64,000 nt of DNA from Octopus vulgaris (GCA_951406725.2 OX597832.1:9548001-9612000); one strand, 5' to 3'. Positions 1 to 13,163 are shown, numbered from the stretch's first letter. The notes: generated from the letters alone by a model not told the origin. A program made the numbers and translations.

Positions 1-187
1 GAAAATGTTAGGGATGATAAGTGGAAATCTTTTGGATAATTGTTATGTTGCTAATGAACCTATATACAGTTCTTCTCAGAAGTCTATCTTTAGAAAACGT
101 CTTTGATTCTGATACCGCATATACATATTCTCTCACTTTCTCTCTCTCCCTCCCTCACACACACACACAAATACAAAACATACGCAT

Positions 188-189
<2 letters not shown>

Positions 190-239
<50 letters not shown>

Positions 240-260
240 ATATATATATATATATATATA
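190..260. repeat. (TCTA)n + (TA)n microsatellite
   Basis: Direct tandem repeats visible in the sequence. Confidence 0.95.
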
Positions 261-482
261 TTTACTGCCCACAAGTGGCTAAACGTAGAGGGGACAGAGA
301 AGGATAGGCAAACGGATTAAGTCGATTACACCGACCCCAGTGCGTAACTGGTATTTAAAATATCGACTCCGAAAGGATGAAAGGGAAAGTCGACCTCGGC
401 GGAATTTGCACTTAGAACGTAACGGCAGACGAATTATGGCTACGCATTTCGCCCGGCGTGCTGACGTTACTGCAGCTCGCCG
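261..482 (-). mobile_element. SINE-C copy, tail type C1
   Basis: Near-identical to 24721-24953 and 46301-46524. The minus strand begins GGCGAGCTG and contains a GTTCAAAT-type B-box region and the central CCGAGGTCGACTTT.CCTTTCATCCTTTCGG.GTCGAT motif. Confidence 0.85.
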
Positions 483-1789
483 GCAGACGACTAGCATTAC
501 GCTTGAAACTCAAATGCACCAACAAATTTAATCAAACTCTGTTGATCAGTACATGTAATTCCCTGTAAATTTATTGAGTGCCCTTCTTTCGTTTGCCCAC
601 TCACTCGTATATATGTATATATATATATACATTCAGCATTGTCTAAATGTTGATACAATTTTGATGTGTGTATTTGTAACGAAAGCGAAGCATTGGAGTA
701 TAGAAAATTAGAAAAGATAATTTATCAAGATGTATTTTTCTGAGATTTAATATAAAAATCAAGCAATATGAAAGATCTAAAGCAATATTAAAACAATATT
801 AAAGATACTTTTTCGTACACAATGTTACGTAAGATAGACACATATACACATTTACATCCTTACGATCGCATTTCATATATGAGTGTATATATTGTATACG
901 TACATATACACATACACACCGATACGCACATACGCATATATCCTTATATTTATAAATTTCTTTCATTAGTATCACCTGATTTACTCTTATAAATGATACA
1001 TTTTAAAGAATTGTATTAATATTTCATTTGCAAATAAATCTGTTATATAATTAATGTAATTATATAAATTTAATTTGGGAATAAAGCGGAAAAATACATC
1101 TATAATAGATTGCTAATTGTTTACAAAATATGAACAAGTTTCATATTAGATCATTCAAAAGATACGTGCAGAAAATAGATAATGAGAAAGTGGATAACCA
1201 TTTTCATATTAAGCAACTATCAAAAATGTATATGTTGCATAATTCCTAGACGGGAGGCATCTTTTGTCATTGGGGAAATGCAAATATTTCAGCATATTCA
1301 AAGAAATGTTTGTCTCTTGCTTACCAGTTTTCCTTCGTCACCCAAATGTAAGTGAATAATATGAAAATTGAAACATAGCATTCATATTAAGTTTGTATGT
1401 ACTGACAGGCATGCAATATTTGAAACAGTCAACATGTCCATGTCATTACATGTATATTGCTTTGAAAATTGTATATTTTGCAATTTACCATATCATCAAG
1501 TCTCTTGGGCTGGCATTCCAATACATGGAACGTATATTCATTATGTAAAAAAATATGTAGCGAAAGATTCAAAGAGTTTAAATCGGCTTCATTTGTTGCA
1601 AATTCAATGCCGATATTTTCCGCAGTAAAGTATGACTTTCTGAAGATGGAGACATAGCCCGCCAAATTTCACATGCGAACAAATATAGTATTGTTAATAG
1701 CGATAAATAAATTGAATCAATACTGATACCATGATAATTTGGTTTCTATTATAAGTTAGTTTCTATTATAACCTCAGGTCCATACGTCC

Positions 1790-1824
<35 letters not shown>

Positions 1825-3204
1825 TTTGAGATTATTTTGAGATTACTCTCCAGGTGTCTAGAAGCTGGGAAGCAGCAATATGTAGGTCAGGCCAATAAAG
1901 GCGAATTACCTTCAATCTTTAACTACAGTTTCAGAAAGGCCAAAAACCAACGCATTTAATACTTATCACAACATGATATACGAACTTATGACGTAGATAT
2001 CTACTGCCACATATTTGAGACCAGCAGCTTTAAAATTTCATATCAATCATATTTTCTCACTACTGCAAAATAAAACTTTTATAAGTACATTTGTGATTAG
2101 TGTATACGGCGATTGAATTCTTATTGACGAACCGAAACACACTGAAATATTTTTATGTTAAGTATGACTGTTCCAAGACCATTAGCAGTGTAAGTGCTGC
2201 GAAATTGCTAGAATGGAGAATCGGAACTGAACTAGTTAAAATTTTACCGATAAATCTGAATTTAAAATTATTTTCATGTAAGAAAGTGTTGTACTTGACA
2301 TCATGGAAATATATTCACTTCAGCTGACCACATAAGAACGCAATTAAGTTACCTGGTATCCTACACGAATGGAACTGTATTCAAATGCTCGATTAAATTA
2401 AAAATAAATAAAAAGTTAACCATATACTCTTATAATGATACTTTGCACTTGTGGCCGATAACATATTTACAATTACACTTTCCAATTGTTTCTGAAACGA
2501 AGAACATGAAATGACAAGATCATCTTCCGTTTTCTTAATGCACTTTTTCTCTCAAGTAGACGTTATGTAAATTTTGTCTTCAGTCGTAAAAGAAGATTGG
2601 AAATGTTTAGCTTGTTATGCTTGTTTCTAGGATGAATATTTTGAAACATTCACTTCTCTCACATTATCACTAGCACAATTTAATCCATAATTGATGAACG
2701 CTTTTCAAAACGTGACAGGCAATATTGGACGGAAAGCTGAATAACTCTACCCTGTTAAAAGACATGAATTATAGAGAAGCATTTAACGAGACTACAAAAG
2801 AAAAAGAAGAAAAGAAATAATCACCAAGACCTTAATTTCTATCGAAAACGAAGCTTATTCATGCATACGTTAAAGTGAAATAGCATCTGGCATAGAATAT
2901 TCAACGTCGGAAGCGATATTTTGATTAATTTTGAGAATTTTACTGAGGAAATATTTGAATAAATATTTATACAGACTATTTTTTTCAAAGAACCAGAACA
3001 TGTTACGTTCAATTTTCTTTCGCAATAGCAATCGTTGTGCAGCAACAAATTTCTTCACTTTCTCTTGCATATAATGTATATTTAAATGATATTCTTAACC
3101 ATATCTTATTATCTGAACTGCTTTGTTTCCTAACTGGAAACTGTCAGTTAATTCCTCTGAAGTTAATCACGTATTTGTACATTTATGGTAAGAATGTGCT
3201 TTAA

Positions 3205-3424
3205 CCCTTTAGTGTTGAGATTACTCTGTCAAATATAATGCTTTTTCTTTTACATTGTTTTGAATTAATCCTACATTATCTTGTATCTCTGAGAATTTGA
3301 TGATGCGATGGTTTATTTTGAAGATGTCATTGTAGGATATGAGTGAAAGGCCAGATCTAGATGGTTTGAACATAAAAGAAGTAGAAAATTTGGGCCAGAT
3401 ATGGCCGGTTTAAATGCTAAAGGG
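3205..3424. mobile_element. Non-autonomous piggyBac-type MITE
   Basis: TTAA|CCCTTTAG at 3201-3212 and CTAAAGGG|TTAA at 3417-3428 give a TTAA target duplication with CCC...GGG termini. There are subterminal GGCCAGAT direct repeats. Confidence 0.8.
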
Positions 3425-4984
3425 TTAAACAATAGCAGGTACCCTTACTCGACTACTAATAACAAGGAATAAGCAACTTATACCGCCATGAAGCCTTTGT
3501 ATGAGATTAATACATTACATAAAGAAAATAGTAAGTGCGAGTTAATATTTGAGATTTCAGAAGATTTTCTAGGAGCGGTAGAGGAGACCATGAGCAGTGA
3601 TGATGTGAGATATTTGAATGGCAGGATAGTATGTACTGTATATTGAAAACTGAGAACATCTGGAACGCGCACATACATTTTTATCTCATTGACAGAGAAT
3701 AAAATTCACAAGACTCAAAACTGTAACATATAATAACACCCCTTAAAATCATGCGTGTGATGGGCATTTGAAAGCCAATATTGTTTTTTAGAATGTATGT
3801 TATCGAAGACGATGATTTTGGAGATCTGAGAAGTGGTATATATTTCTGAAATATATTGTCAATAGAAATAGATTCTATCTTCATAGAAATAGGTTTTAAA
3901 CCCAGTTAGATTTTAAAATATAAACATTCATATATTTCTGCATTCTTGCAAGACGTTTGAGAGGATTCATATCGTAAGGTATTAGTTCATAGACAAATGT
4001 TTGAACAGTCTATATTCCTGTTAGTGTAAACAGGAAACAATTGTAAATTTGTTTTTCTAGATTATTATTAGATTTTACACTTCTAAGAAATTCGGTGGAG
4101 AATTATAAAAAAAAAGCATGTAAATATAATTAGAATTCTTCAGTAGCTCAGCTTTAAATACGCGCTTCCTTGAAATTCTTTGCACAGCAGTACAGTATAA
4201 TTATTCCAATGTAACGTTGTCTCATTTCCTTATGTGCCTACTGGAAATATCTCGTATGTGATCAGAGATTGGGAACCTATAAAGGAGAGCTCCCACTAAG
4301 ACATCTCTCCCAGTTTTATTCTCTGTCAAATGGTATTAGTCTTGCATTGTAGTAGTGATGTCAGTGTGGTAATCACTTGTTCATGTTATCTACTAAAGTA
4401 AGGCTGATCAGGATTATTATCGCAGAATTAATTATGTTGATGATAGAACATGATACGAAGCACCATAGAATTCCATAGATTTAGGAATCATAATATTTGC
4501 AAAAATATATAAGGACCTTACAAAATGTTTCGGTATTGAGCTTGATTTCATTGCAACCGTGTATATTATATTTGACGAGTTACATTCATAGATTACGTCT
4601 TTTTATCATCTATTGTTGTCTGGTGGATGTTGAAGTGGTACATATTGAAAGTTATCAAAAACAAAATACTATGGACGGAAATAATAACGGAAGGTAAAAA
4701 ATAAGATAAAATGTAGACACCTATCAAAGGAGATAATTTTAACAACATTCTGATAAATAATCACAAGTAATGAATAAATAAGCTTTTAAAAAAGATGTTT
4801 ATCGTTAGAGTGATTAAATCTCTTGGTGATGTATTGCGGAGAACAGGAAGAACAAGTTAAAAATCGGAGATATTTAGAGCACACAGGGATCTTACGAAAC
4901 TCGTATGGAGCCTGTGTGAACAAAAACTACGATAAAGTTAATAAAACAATACTTGTATATAAATTTGTTTCAATTGCAGGAGAA

Positions 4985-5150
4985 TTGATAAGTCGATTTC
5001 ATCGATCTCAGTCACCAACTGATAACAATTTTATTGGTTCTCTAAGGATAAAAGTCAAAGTCGACCACGTTTGAATTTCAACTCAGAACAGAAAAACGAA
5101 CGGAATGCTGCCAAGCATTTTCCCCGGCGTATTCACGATTCTGGTAACTG
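4985..5150 (-). mobile_element. Diverged SINE-C relic
   Basis: AAGTCGAT...AGGATAAAAGTCAAAGTCGACC...AACTCAGAAC...GCATTTT.CCCGGCGT aligns to the younger SINE-C copies. Confidence 0.6.
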
Positions 5151-7838
5151 GACGCAACTATAACATTTGCTTAGAATGTCATTACTTCAATAGTTGGCCT
5201 GACATTTATATGATATCCCATTAGAAAATACAGGTAAAAGTCAGTATAAGAGGATGTTAGAGGAAGCAGATGTATAAAGGAGCAGCAGCTGTGGGTTTCT
5301 TCGATATGATAAACTCTACCATCTTTTCCTTCTCAAGTGGAATGCTATATGAAAGTTATAAAGCAATAGTAGTATGTTACTGGTACTTTTTCTAACAGTA
5401 CTTTTTCTATTTTAAGGATAATATGTAAAGTGAGACTCTGTCCGAAGCGATCTCAAAAATAAGTAAATAACACATGAAAATTTGTCCACCATTCTAAGCG
5501 TGACCGAACGATTTAAACGCCAACGATTAGGAAAATATTTCATATTTATGTTCAATATCTAAATGTTAATTATAGGAAAACGAATATTATGTCTCAAAGT
5601 AAATTATAATTGATATTTCTTAAACTTTTACATCCATATTATAAATATCTTAACGGATTTCAATCATTGGCCGTATATATTTTCGTCTGGAAAGCTACAG
5701 AAACGAAGACAAGCAAATACGCAGACAACCACACACACACTAATGTACACCTATACACAATTTTCTGCGAGTGTGTTTGGATTTCGGAACATTTTCTAAC
5801 TACTATATTTCAGTCAAAATAACTGAGTAGAACTCAAGTTCGCATATGACCTTCCCTCGCCTTGTTGCGAAGCAGATGTATAAACAAAAGACGTATCCAC
5901 GCTATATTTTTTTATAGCAAAACCAATCAAACCTTTCGTGCTTTTTCCTTGTTTTCAGTAAGGTACGCGACGATATATCATCTTGGATCTAATATTGATA
6001 TTTCTACATAATGACTTCAACAATCCTTAGCATTATAATAGTAGAAATACATATTTTCTAATACAGAAAAAGGGACATAACGGATAAGTGCAGATTTTAT
6101 GAAATAATGTGATGATGTCAATTATAGGTATAAGCAAAACTCTAACGCTTGGTGTGCTAAGCACAATTAGAAAAGCTTCTGATTTCCTCTTTATTTAACT
6201 CCCATGAAAAGCACGCACATGTAGTATTAAATTATTTTCAAGTATAATATTTCATGTATTCTTCTCTTGCATACACAGTTTTACGATATTTATTGAAGTA
6301 TTCTTGAAATTTTTGGAATCAAAAATTAATTCTTGAAAGATTTGGAAGCATAAATTAATTTCTTAAATATTTTAAAGCATACACATCAAGACGTCAGTAA
6401 TCTTATGCCTATGATATTAAATATTGGTGTATTAGACACTCGTAATCATAAGAATGTTGATTATAGGCTTCCATTCAACAGAAATTTTTAGGAGATTCAA
6501 TTATTGCACACAACTTACATGCTTGTAGTAGTAAACTGTTCCTCTCAAATATTTAGTATTTCGAACTGTGGGCATGCACAAATTTGATATGCCCTTCTGT
6601 GGTTACACCGCATAATTATCGCTATACAACATAGAGGAAAATAACGTACAACATAGAAGAAATAATATACAACATAGAGGAAATAAGGTATGTGCAATAT
6701 GAAATACACACACGCACATGCGCACACGCACATGCGCACACGCACACACAATATGTATGTAAGTATGATTGTGAGTATGTCTGGATGTGTATGAATATAA
6801 TATATGAAATAAAATATCCAAGCCATGAAAAAAATCTTTACCAAATTTAAGTAAACAAATTTGCGTGATATTTAAGTGACTTTAAGTAGATCAAGTCAGC
6901 TTAAATATTCTTATTCATACATATGAAAATGGATTGTATTGCAGAGATATGTTGTAACCTACTGAATAATGTATTGAATTGATACATATAAATGAGTTTT
7001 ACTTGCAAGCAGAATATAGCTGATTTGAACAGTTTAATTAGAAGACCATACAAATTGAGTCACTTTCTTTCAATGTAGAAATATTCGACTAAACTGAAAA
7101 AAAAGTAACACGTATAAATCTAATTAAAGTTATGTAAGATTTAGTGCAGGAGAAAACGCTTTCATAATGAATTCTTCAAAATTGAAAATCTAATGTTTCT
7201 AATTCTGAACAGCTTGGCTTCTGATCATTTAATTACTTTTATGAATCGATACAAACATAATTAAACATTGTTTCCGATTGAACAAAAAAACAAAAAAAAA
7301 AAAACTTTCATTGCTTTGGTAATTTTATTTTCATAATTTTTTTTTTTCTTCCACGGTTTCCATCCTTGCTGAAAGACACTTTGATGAATATCAATGAAAC
7401 AACTAATTACACTTCAACGTCAAAAACTTGACTCGCAGAAGTTAATGGAGAATAATGGTGTTGAAAACTGGTGTGGTTTTCTAGCTTTTGGTCTTACTTT
7501 CTTTCAAATTATTCTATAATTATACTGTTATTGAAAACTGATTTAAGTTGTAATCTGCATTAGCTTGTCCACAAACAACTGTGATTTTTTAATAACTAAC
7601 GACATGCTCTACAAATGGGAGACACAATATTATTTTCGAAGGGATCAGAATAACCTGTGTTTCTTGTTGTAGAGCTGTCAAGCAGAACATAGGTGTAAAA
7701 AGGATTGACGTTATAATAAATACTTCTGTTTTCTACATATGCATATTATATAAATATTTCAGACTAGGGTAAAAAATCCGTGAAAAGTAAATTACGATCA
7801 ATACGTACACAGATTAAAGAATAGTTGACCTAACTATA

Positions 7839-8248
7839 GGCGCAGGAGTGGCTGTGTGGTAAGTAGCTTGTTTACAAACCACATGCTTCCGGGTTCAGTC
7901 CCACTGCATGGCACCTTGGGCAAGTGTCTTCTACTATAGCCTCGGGCCGACCAAAACCTTGTGAGTGGATTTGGTAGACGGAAACTGAAAGAAGCCCGTC
8001 GTATATATGTATATATATATATATATATTGTGTGTGCTTGTGTGTCCGTGTTTGTCCCCCTAGCATTGCTTGACAACCGATGCTGGTGTGTTTATGTCCT
8101 CGTCACTTAGCGGTTCGGCAAACGGGACCGATAGAATAAGTACTGGGCTTACAAAGAATAAAGCCCGGGGTCGAGTTGCTCGATTAAAGGCGGTGCTCCA
8201 GCATGGCCGCAGTCAAATGACTGAAACAAGTAAAAGAGTAAAAGAGAG
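7839..8248 (+). mobile_element. SINE-A, full length (tRNA-like head, internal (TA)/(TG) tract, LINE-like tail)
   Basis: GGCGCAGGAGTGGCTGTGTGGTAAG head with GGTTCAGTCCC B-box and (TAAAAGAG)n tail. Candidate TSD TAACTATA / TAACTACA. Multiple copies in the window. Confidence 0.9.
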
Positions 8249-9295
8249 TAACTACATAATCATCAACACAGTCAGATGAATCCCCAAAGAAATGTTCTCT
8301 ACTTAAACAATCTCTTCTCAAGCACCTCCTGCTTTTGAGATAGGTTTATGTATATCACACAAATCTATAAGGAAGTTAAATATTGGTTTCAAAGAAAGTC
8401 TCATGATTGCAAATTTGGGGTGGGACTGCCTACATTTATATTGACTGGATACTCTTGAATTACATGTTGCATTAATAACTTAACAACAAATGTCAATGCC
8501 GAATTCAGCGATATTCGAAATCTGTGCGTAAGCAGACCAAACTAAATTTCATACGACCATTTTGTCGTTATGTTATATAAATTCTATCGATCCGCATCTC
8601 TCCTGTAAATGAAATAATCACACTCGATACTTTCTCGATGCTGTAATAAAATTTAGAAATATAGTGATTGCTGTATTTCCGTAGGTAACGTCTATATTTA
8701 AATCCCACCAGATCCTAAAGTTCCATATATATTTTTGCGTTTTATAGAATACCTACCTGCAAGCAATAACATCAATTTTATCATCGTTTTCCTCTTCGTA
8801 AGATTTCTATCTAACCTAAAATACATTCTTATTTTAGTAGTTTACGAGTGCAATCAAAGTAAAGCCGCTTTAGGTATAATGTTTATACGCTTCTGGCTCT
8901 GCATCTAATATTTGATATATTTTATACAAGAAATAAACATACTATTTAGGTTTGTCTATGATATAAAATCACAAAATTCAGGATAATGCATATGTAGTAT
9001 CTACTGGTGTTTAATTTCAGTCGATTAAGAGAAGTGGTAGATGTAAGGTAAACTTACCTGTGATTCTATTAATATTAGCTTGACTTCTTAAGAATCTATG
9101 ACCATTTGAATGAACAAGAATCAAGAGAGTGTTACGGTTACACCACTAATTTAACTCAACAAAACTTTTGTTGTGGCAAACAACCTCTAGTGAGAAGTGG
9201 ACTGTTCAAATACTGATAAATAGAACGACCCGATTTTATGGTTGTGGCAGTGTGATTTTTGAGATCATTACAATTCCGTTGAAGTAAGTGTGATA

Positions 9296-9506
9296 CTCTT
9301 TTTCTCTTTACTCTTTTACTTGTTTCGGTCATTTGACTGCGGCAATGCTGGAGCACCGCCTTTTAGTCGAGCAACTCGACCCCGGGACTTATTCTTTGTA
9401 AACCCAGTACTTATTCTATCGGTCTCTCTTGCCGAACCGCTAAGTGACGGGGACGTAAACACACCAGCATCGGTTGTCAAGCAATGCTAGGGGGGCAAAC
9501 ACACAC

Positions 9507-9559
<53 letters not shown>

Positions 9560-9729
9560 CATATATACTACGGGCTTCTTTCAGTTTCCATCTACCAAAT
9601 CCACTCACAAGGCTTTGGTCGTCCGAGGCTATAGTAGAAGACACTTGCCCAAGGTGCCACGCAGTGGGACTGAACCCGGAACCATGTGGTTGGTAAACGA
9701 GCTACTTGCCACACAGCCACTCCTGCGCC
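9296..9729 (-). mobile_element. SINE-A, full length
   Basis: Reverse complement of 7839-8248 over its full length. Confidence 0.9.
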
Positions 9730-9744
9730 TATTGTTATAATTGT

Positions 9745-11244
9745 TAAAATTTATCCACTCGTGGGTGTACCACGTTTCGTTCCTCGCTGAAATTGCTCTT
9801 TTGACTAGTGAGTTTTTGTTGTTTTTTTTCTTTTTTCTTCCCACTTATGAGAGAGCCGGAGAGAAGTATAATGGAGACCGAACCAGCAAATAGCCACAGC
9901 TATGCAGCTGCAACTGTCAGAGGAATATATGTAGAAACAAGGAAGTAAAAATTGAGCAAAGAAACCTGAAAGAAAGCGGCAAGATATTCGAAAAGAAAGG
10001 CCATAACCTTAAATTGACGCCCCCAGTTTACTTAACAAATGGAGAGTGCGACAAGAAAATTGAAATAGCTACGATAGAAGACATTGAAAAGTGTTTAAAA
10101 GAGGCCAAAAAGGTCACCATGTTCATAACAAGAGGAAGAAGATATGGCACAGTGGAAGTGCAATTTGCAAGCGAAGAAGAAGTGATAAAGGCGGTGAGCT
10201 GTTGACGGGACAGTGATGTCCAGAGCACTGAAGGTACTGAGAAGGAGGATTGAAGTGATTGCGATGGAATACATTGAGAGGTGTTTGGAGGAGGTCAGGA
10301 GGGTCACCACGTTTATAGCGGGAGGAGGACGATGTAGCACGGTAGAGAGGCGATTCGCAAGCGAGGAGATAGCGGTGAAGCAAACCACTGATCCCATAAA
10401 GACGGAAGAGTGGGTGCTCCTACCAACATGCTGTGACGGGCGAGTTGTCAGAGTGGGGGAGGGAAAAGTGCCACCAGAATTGGATGAAGAATGGTTGGTT
10501 GCCGCAGTAATGTACAATATGGAGGAGGATGCGAAGATCCTGAGAATAGCAAGAGCGAAAAAGGTGAACTGCTGGGGATGCATAATCGAGATGGCAGTTC
10601 GGACAGCTGTGAGTGACATGAGTGAGATTCCGGAAGAAGTAGTATTACCCGAAGGTATGAGATTGAGAGTGGTGGTGGAGGGCGAGCCTCCTATATGCTG
10701 CTTGTGTGCTGAGAGGGGCCACATGAAGTCGAGGCGCCCCCGGAGAGAGAAGGAGCAGCAAGTGAGGAAATCTGAGGAGCAGGAGAGAGCGAACGATGTG
10801 GTCCAGGAGGATGGGAGGGAAACAGCGGGAATAGAGGAGGAATCTGAAGTGGTTAAGGGGCGAAAAATGAGGAAAGGACCGGGCTCTCAGCTGGAGACAT
10901 GGGGAAGGAGGGGGAAATCGGAGAAGGAGGTCGTAAAGGTGGTTGAGTGTGGGGGGTCATGGGGGAAGTTGAAAAGGAGGTCAAGATAGAGTTGTATGGG
11001 TAACTATATTTTGCAGAATACAACTATGCCTCTAATAATCCCTGTGGAATCAAAATCTTCCTTGGGTTTATGTGATTGGGCGGAGTGGTAATTAGGTTTT
11101 GGGGTTGGCTGATATGGAAAAAAAAATATTGGTTAAATTTGGGTGTATGCTGTTATTTAGAATGTATTCATGCATGTAGACAATTGTAAAGTGTGTATAG
11201 GTGTTAATCGGGCGAAGCAATGAAAAACGTTTTTGCTTTAAGAA

Positions 11245-11245
<1 letters not shown>
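9745..11245 (+). mobile_element. Tx1/L1-like non-LTR element remnant carrying only a gag-like ORF1
   Basis: ATG at 9871 (METEPANSHSYAAA) followed by broken frames. ORF 10213-10989 has a zinc-knuckle-like CCLCAERGHMKSRRP (CX2CX4HX4C with the last C lost) and a charged tail. Ends next to a (CA)n tract. Boundaries approximate. Confidence 0.6.
10213..10989 (+). pseudogene. Retroelement ORF1-like reading frame, 258 aa, G-rich
   Basis: Longest non-microsatellite ORF in the window. Contains VVVEGEPPIC..C...GH. Its N-terminal part duplicates ORF 10014-10205. Confidence 0.65.
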
Positions 11246-11279
<34 letters not shown>

Positions 11280-11324
11280 AAGTGAGCTTTCATCACATAT
11301 TTGTGACTATACAGAATCACAAAA

Positions 11325-11708
11325 GGCGTGACTGGGCGTGTGGTAAGAATCTTGCTACTCCACGACGTGGTCCGTGTGCACAGCAATGCGTAGCACATTG
11401 GGAAACGGATTTCTAAAGATCTGTGAGTGAATTTCATAGATGAAAACTGAAAGAAGCATGCGATATATATATAAATATATGTGTGTGTGTGTGTGTGTCT
11501 GTGTTTCCTCGTACGTGTGTTTCTCCTCCTAGGCCCGCTTGACAACCCGTGTTGGTGTGTTTGCGTCTCCGTAACTTAGTGTCTCGGTAAAAATGACCGA
11601 TGGAATAAGTACTATGCTTTAAAATAAATACTGAGGATGATTAATACGATTAGAAGGTATGGTCGCCGTCTATTGACCGAATGAACTCAAAAGTAAGAGA
11701 TAAAAGAT
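11325..11708 (+). mobile_element. SINE-A, diverged
   Basis: GTGTGGTAAG head, AAACTGAAAGAAGC, CTTGACAACC, GTAACTTAG, AATAAGTACT and an AAGAGATAAAAGA tail, in the expected order. Confidence 0.75.
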
Positions 11709-11729
11709 ATATATATATTTATGTATATT

Positions 11730-11804
<75 letters not shown>

Positions 11805-11954
11805 TTATGTATGTATGTATGTATGTATGTATGTATGTGTATGTATGTATATTAAGAAAGATTTATTTTGGCTAATATTACCTCTTTCATCTCATTTCAT
11901 CTCATTCTGAACCTCTCAGATATGGCTTTTGATAGCACTTTTTTGTTTTTGCTG

Positions 11955-12190
11955 TCCACACACAAAGAGTAAAAAAGGAAAAAGGGAAAGAAAGAGGAAA
12001 AGAAAAATGAAAGAAAACAGAAAGAAAAAGATAAGAAACAAATATATAGATAAGTATATAAATAAAGGAAGAGCAAGAAAGAAACACAGAAAGGAAGGAA
12101 AGCAGGCTGGCAGGAAGGAAGGAAGGGGGAAGGAAAGGAAGAAGGAAGGAAAAGAAGAAGGAAAAAGGAAGGAAGGAAGGAAGGGAGTGG
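11955..12190. repeat. Purine-rich (GAAA/GGAA)n low-complexity tract
   Basis: Direct inspection; it explains the K/R/E-rich ORF 11929-12357. Confidence 0.85.
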
Positions 12191-12794
12191 TAAATAGGGT
12201 CGATTTTCTTGTTTTTATGAGATGGCTTTTATTGTATTTTTATGGTCAGTATTTTCACAGGTGTCTGAAGTTAATGATGTTTCAAAATGTCATTTCTTTT
12301 TTTAAGGTTATCAACTTCTCTTTATTCAGCCATGTGGATATAAGTATGTGTGAGTAGTAAAATTTTGGTAGATGACAGAAAGAAAGAGAGGAGGGGTAGT
12401 AAGGAAAGAAAGAACGAAAGACAGAAAAAAAAATGAGAGGAGAGAGACAATAAAGAAAGAAGAGGGTGATGAAAGAAAGCGAGAAAGAAGGAAGATATAG
12501 AGAGATGTTTTTTTTTTAAAAATTGTATTGTATTCGTAAGGTCAGCTTGTAGAAATTAATGCCAATCCAAGATGTCATTGCTATCAAAGCATCTCTCTCC
12601 CTCCCGCCCTATCCTCCTCTCTCTTATTAACATGTGTATAAATAACATGTGTGTAAATATATAAATACGCATGCTCACGTATTCAAAGAGCTAAATAAGC
12701 GTGTATGTATATACATACATACCGAAATATTCATCAGCCCATCCACAAGCTCACACAGATATACAATATATACGTACATATAAACACACGCGCT

Positions 12795-12920
12795 CACACA
12801 TGCTTCCGGTTTCTGCCACAACACGTAGCACGTAAGGCAAGCGTGTTCTACCATTGTTTCGGGCTGACCAAATCTTTGTGAATGTATTTGGTAGACGGAA
12901 ACTGTAAAAAGCCCATTGAA
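12795..12920 (+). mobile_element. Old SINE-A 5' half
   Basis: CACATGCTTCCGG...TTTGGTAGACGGAAACTG, diverged from the young copies. Confidence 0.7.
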
Positions 12921-12946
12921 AAAAGATTAGATATCTACACAAAATA

Positions 12947-13115
12947 GGCGCAGGAGTGGCTGTGTGGTATGTAGCTTGCTAACCAACCACATGGTTCCGG
13001 GTTCAGTCCCACTGCGTGGCACCTTGGGCAAGTGTCTTCTGCTATAGTCCCGGGCCGACCAATGCCTTGTGAGTGGAATTTGGTAGACGGAAACTGAAAG
13101 AAGCCCGTCGTATAT

Positions 13116-13163
<48 letters not shown>

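Noticed and set aside
4150-4480. Possible very old R4-type endonuclease relic (minus-strand NNPD..LTLVD)
   Set aside because: Too degenerate to support without a profile search.
10053-10190. CpG decay or ordinary drift as the cause of the A/G skew
   Set aside because: Both would give comparable C/T differences, but only 6 C/T differences were counted against 32 A/G, and most A/G sites are not CpG. G->A hypermutation of copy 1 is not fully excluded, though the 5'-neighbour pattern fits ADAR better.
10095-10724. 209-aa minus-strand ORF
   Set aside because: It is the antisense shadow of the G-rich ORF1 frame and has no independent motif.
11929-12357. 142-aa K/R/E-rich ORF
   Set aside because: It derives from a GA-rich low-complexity tract.
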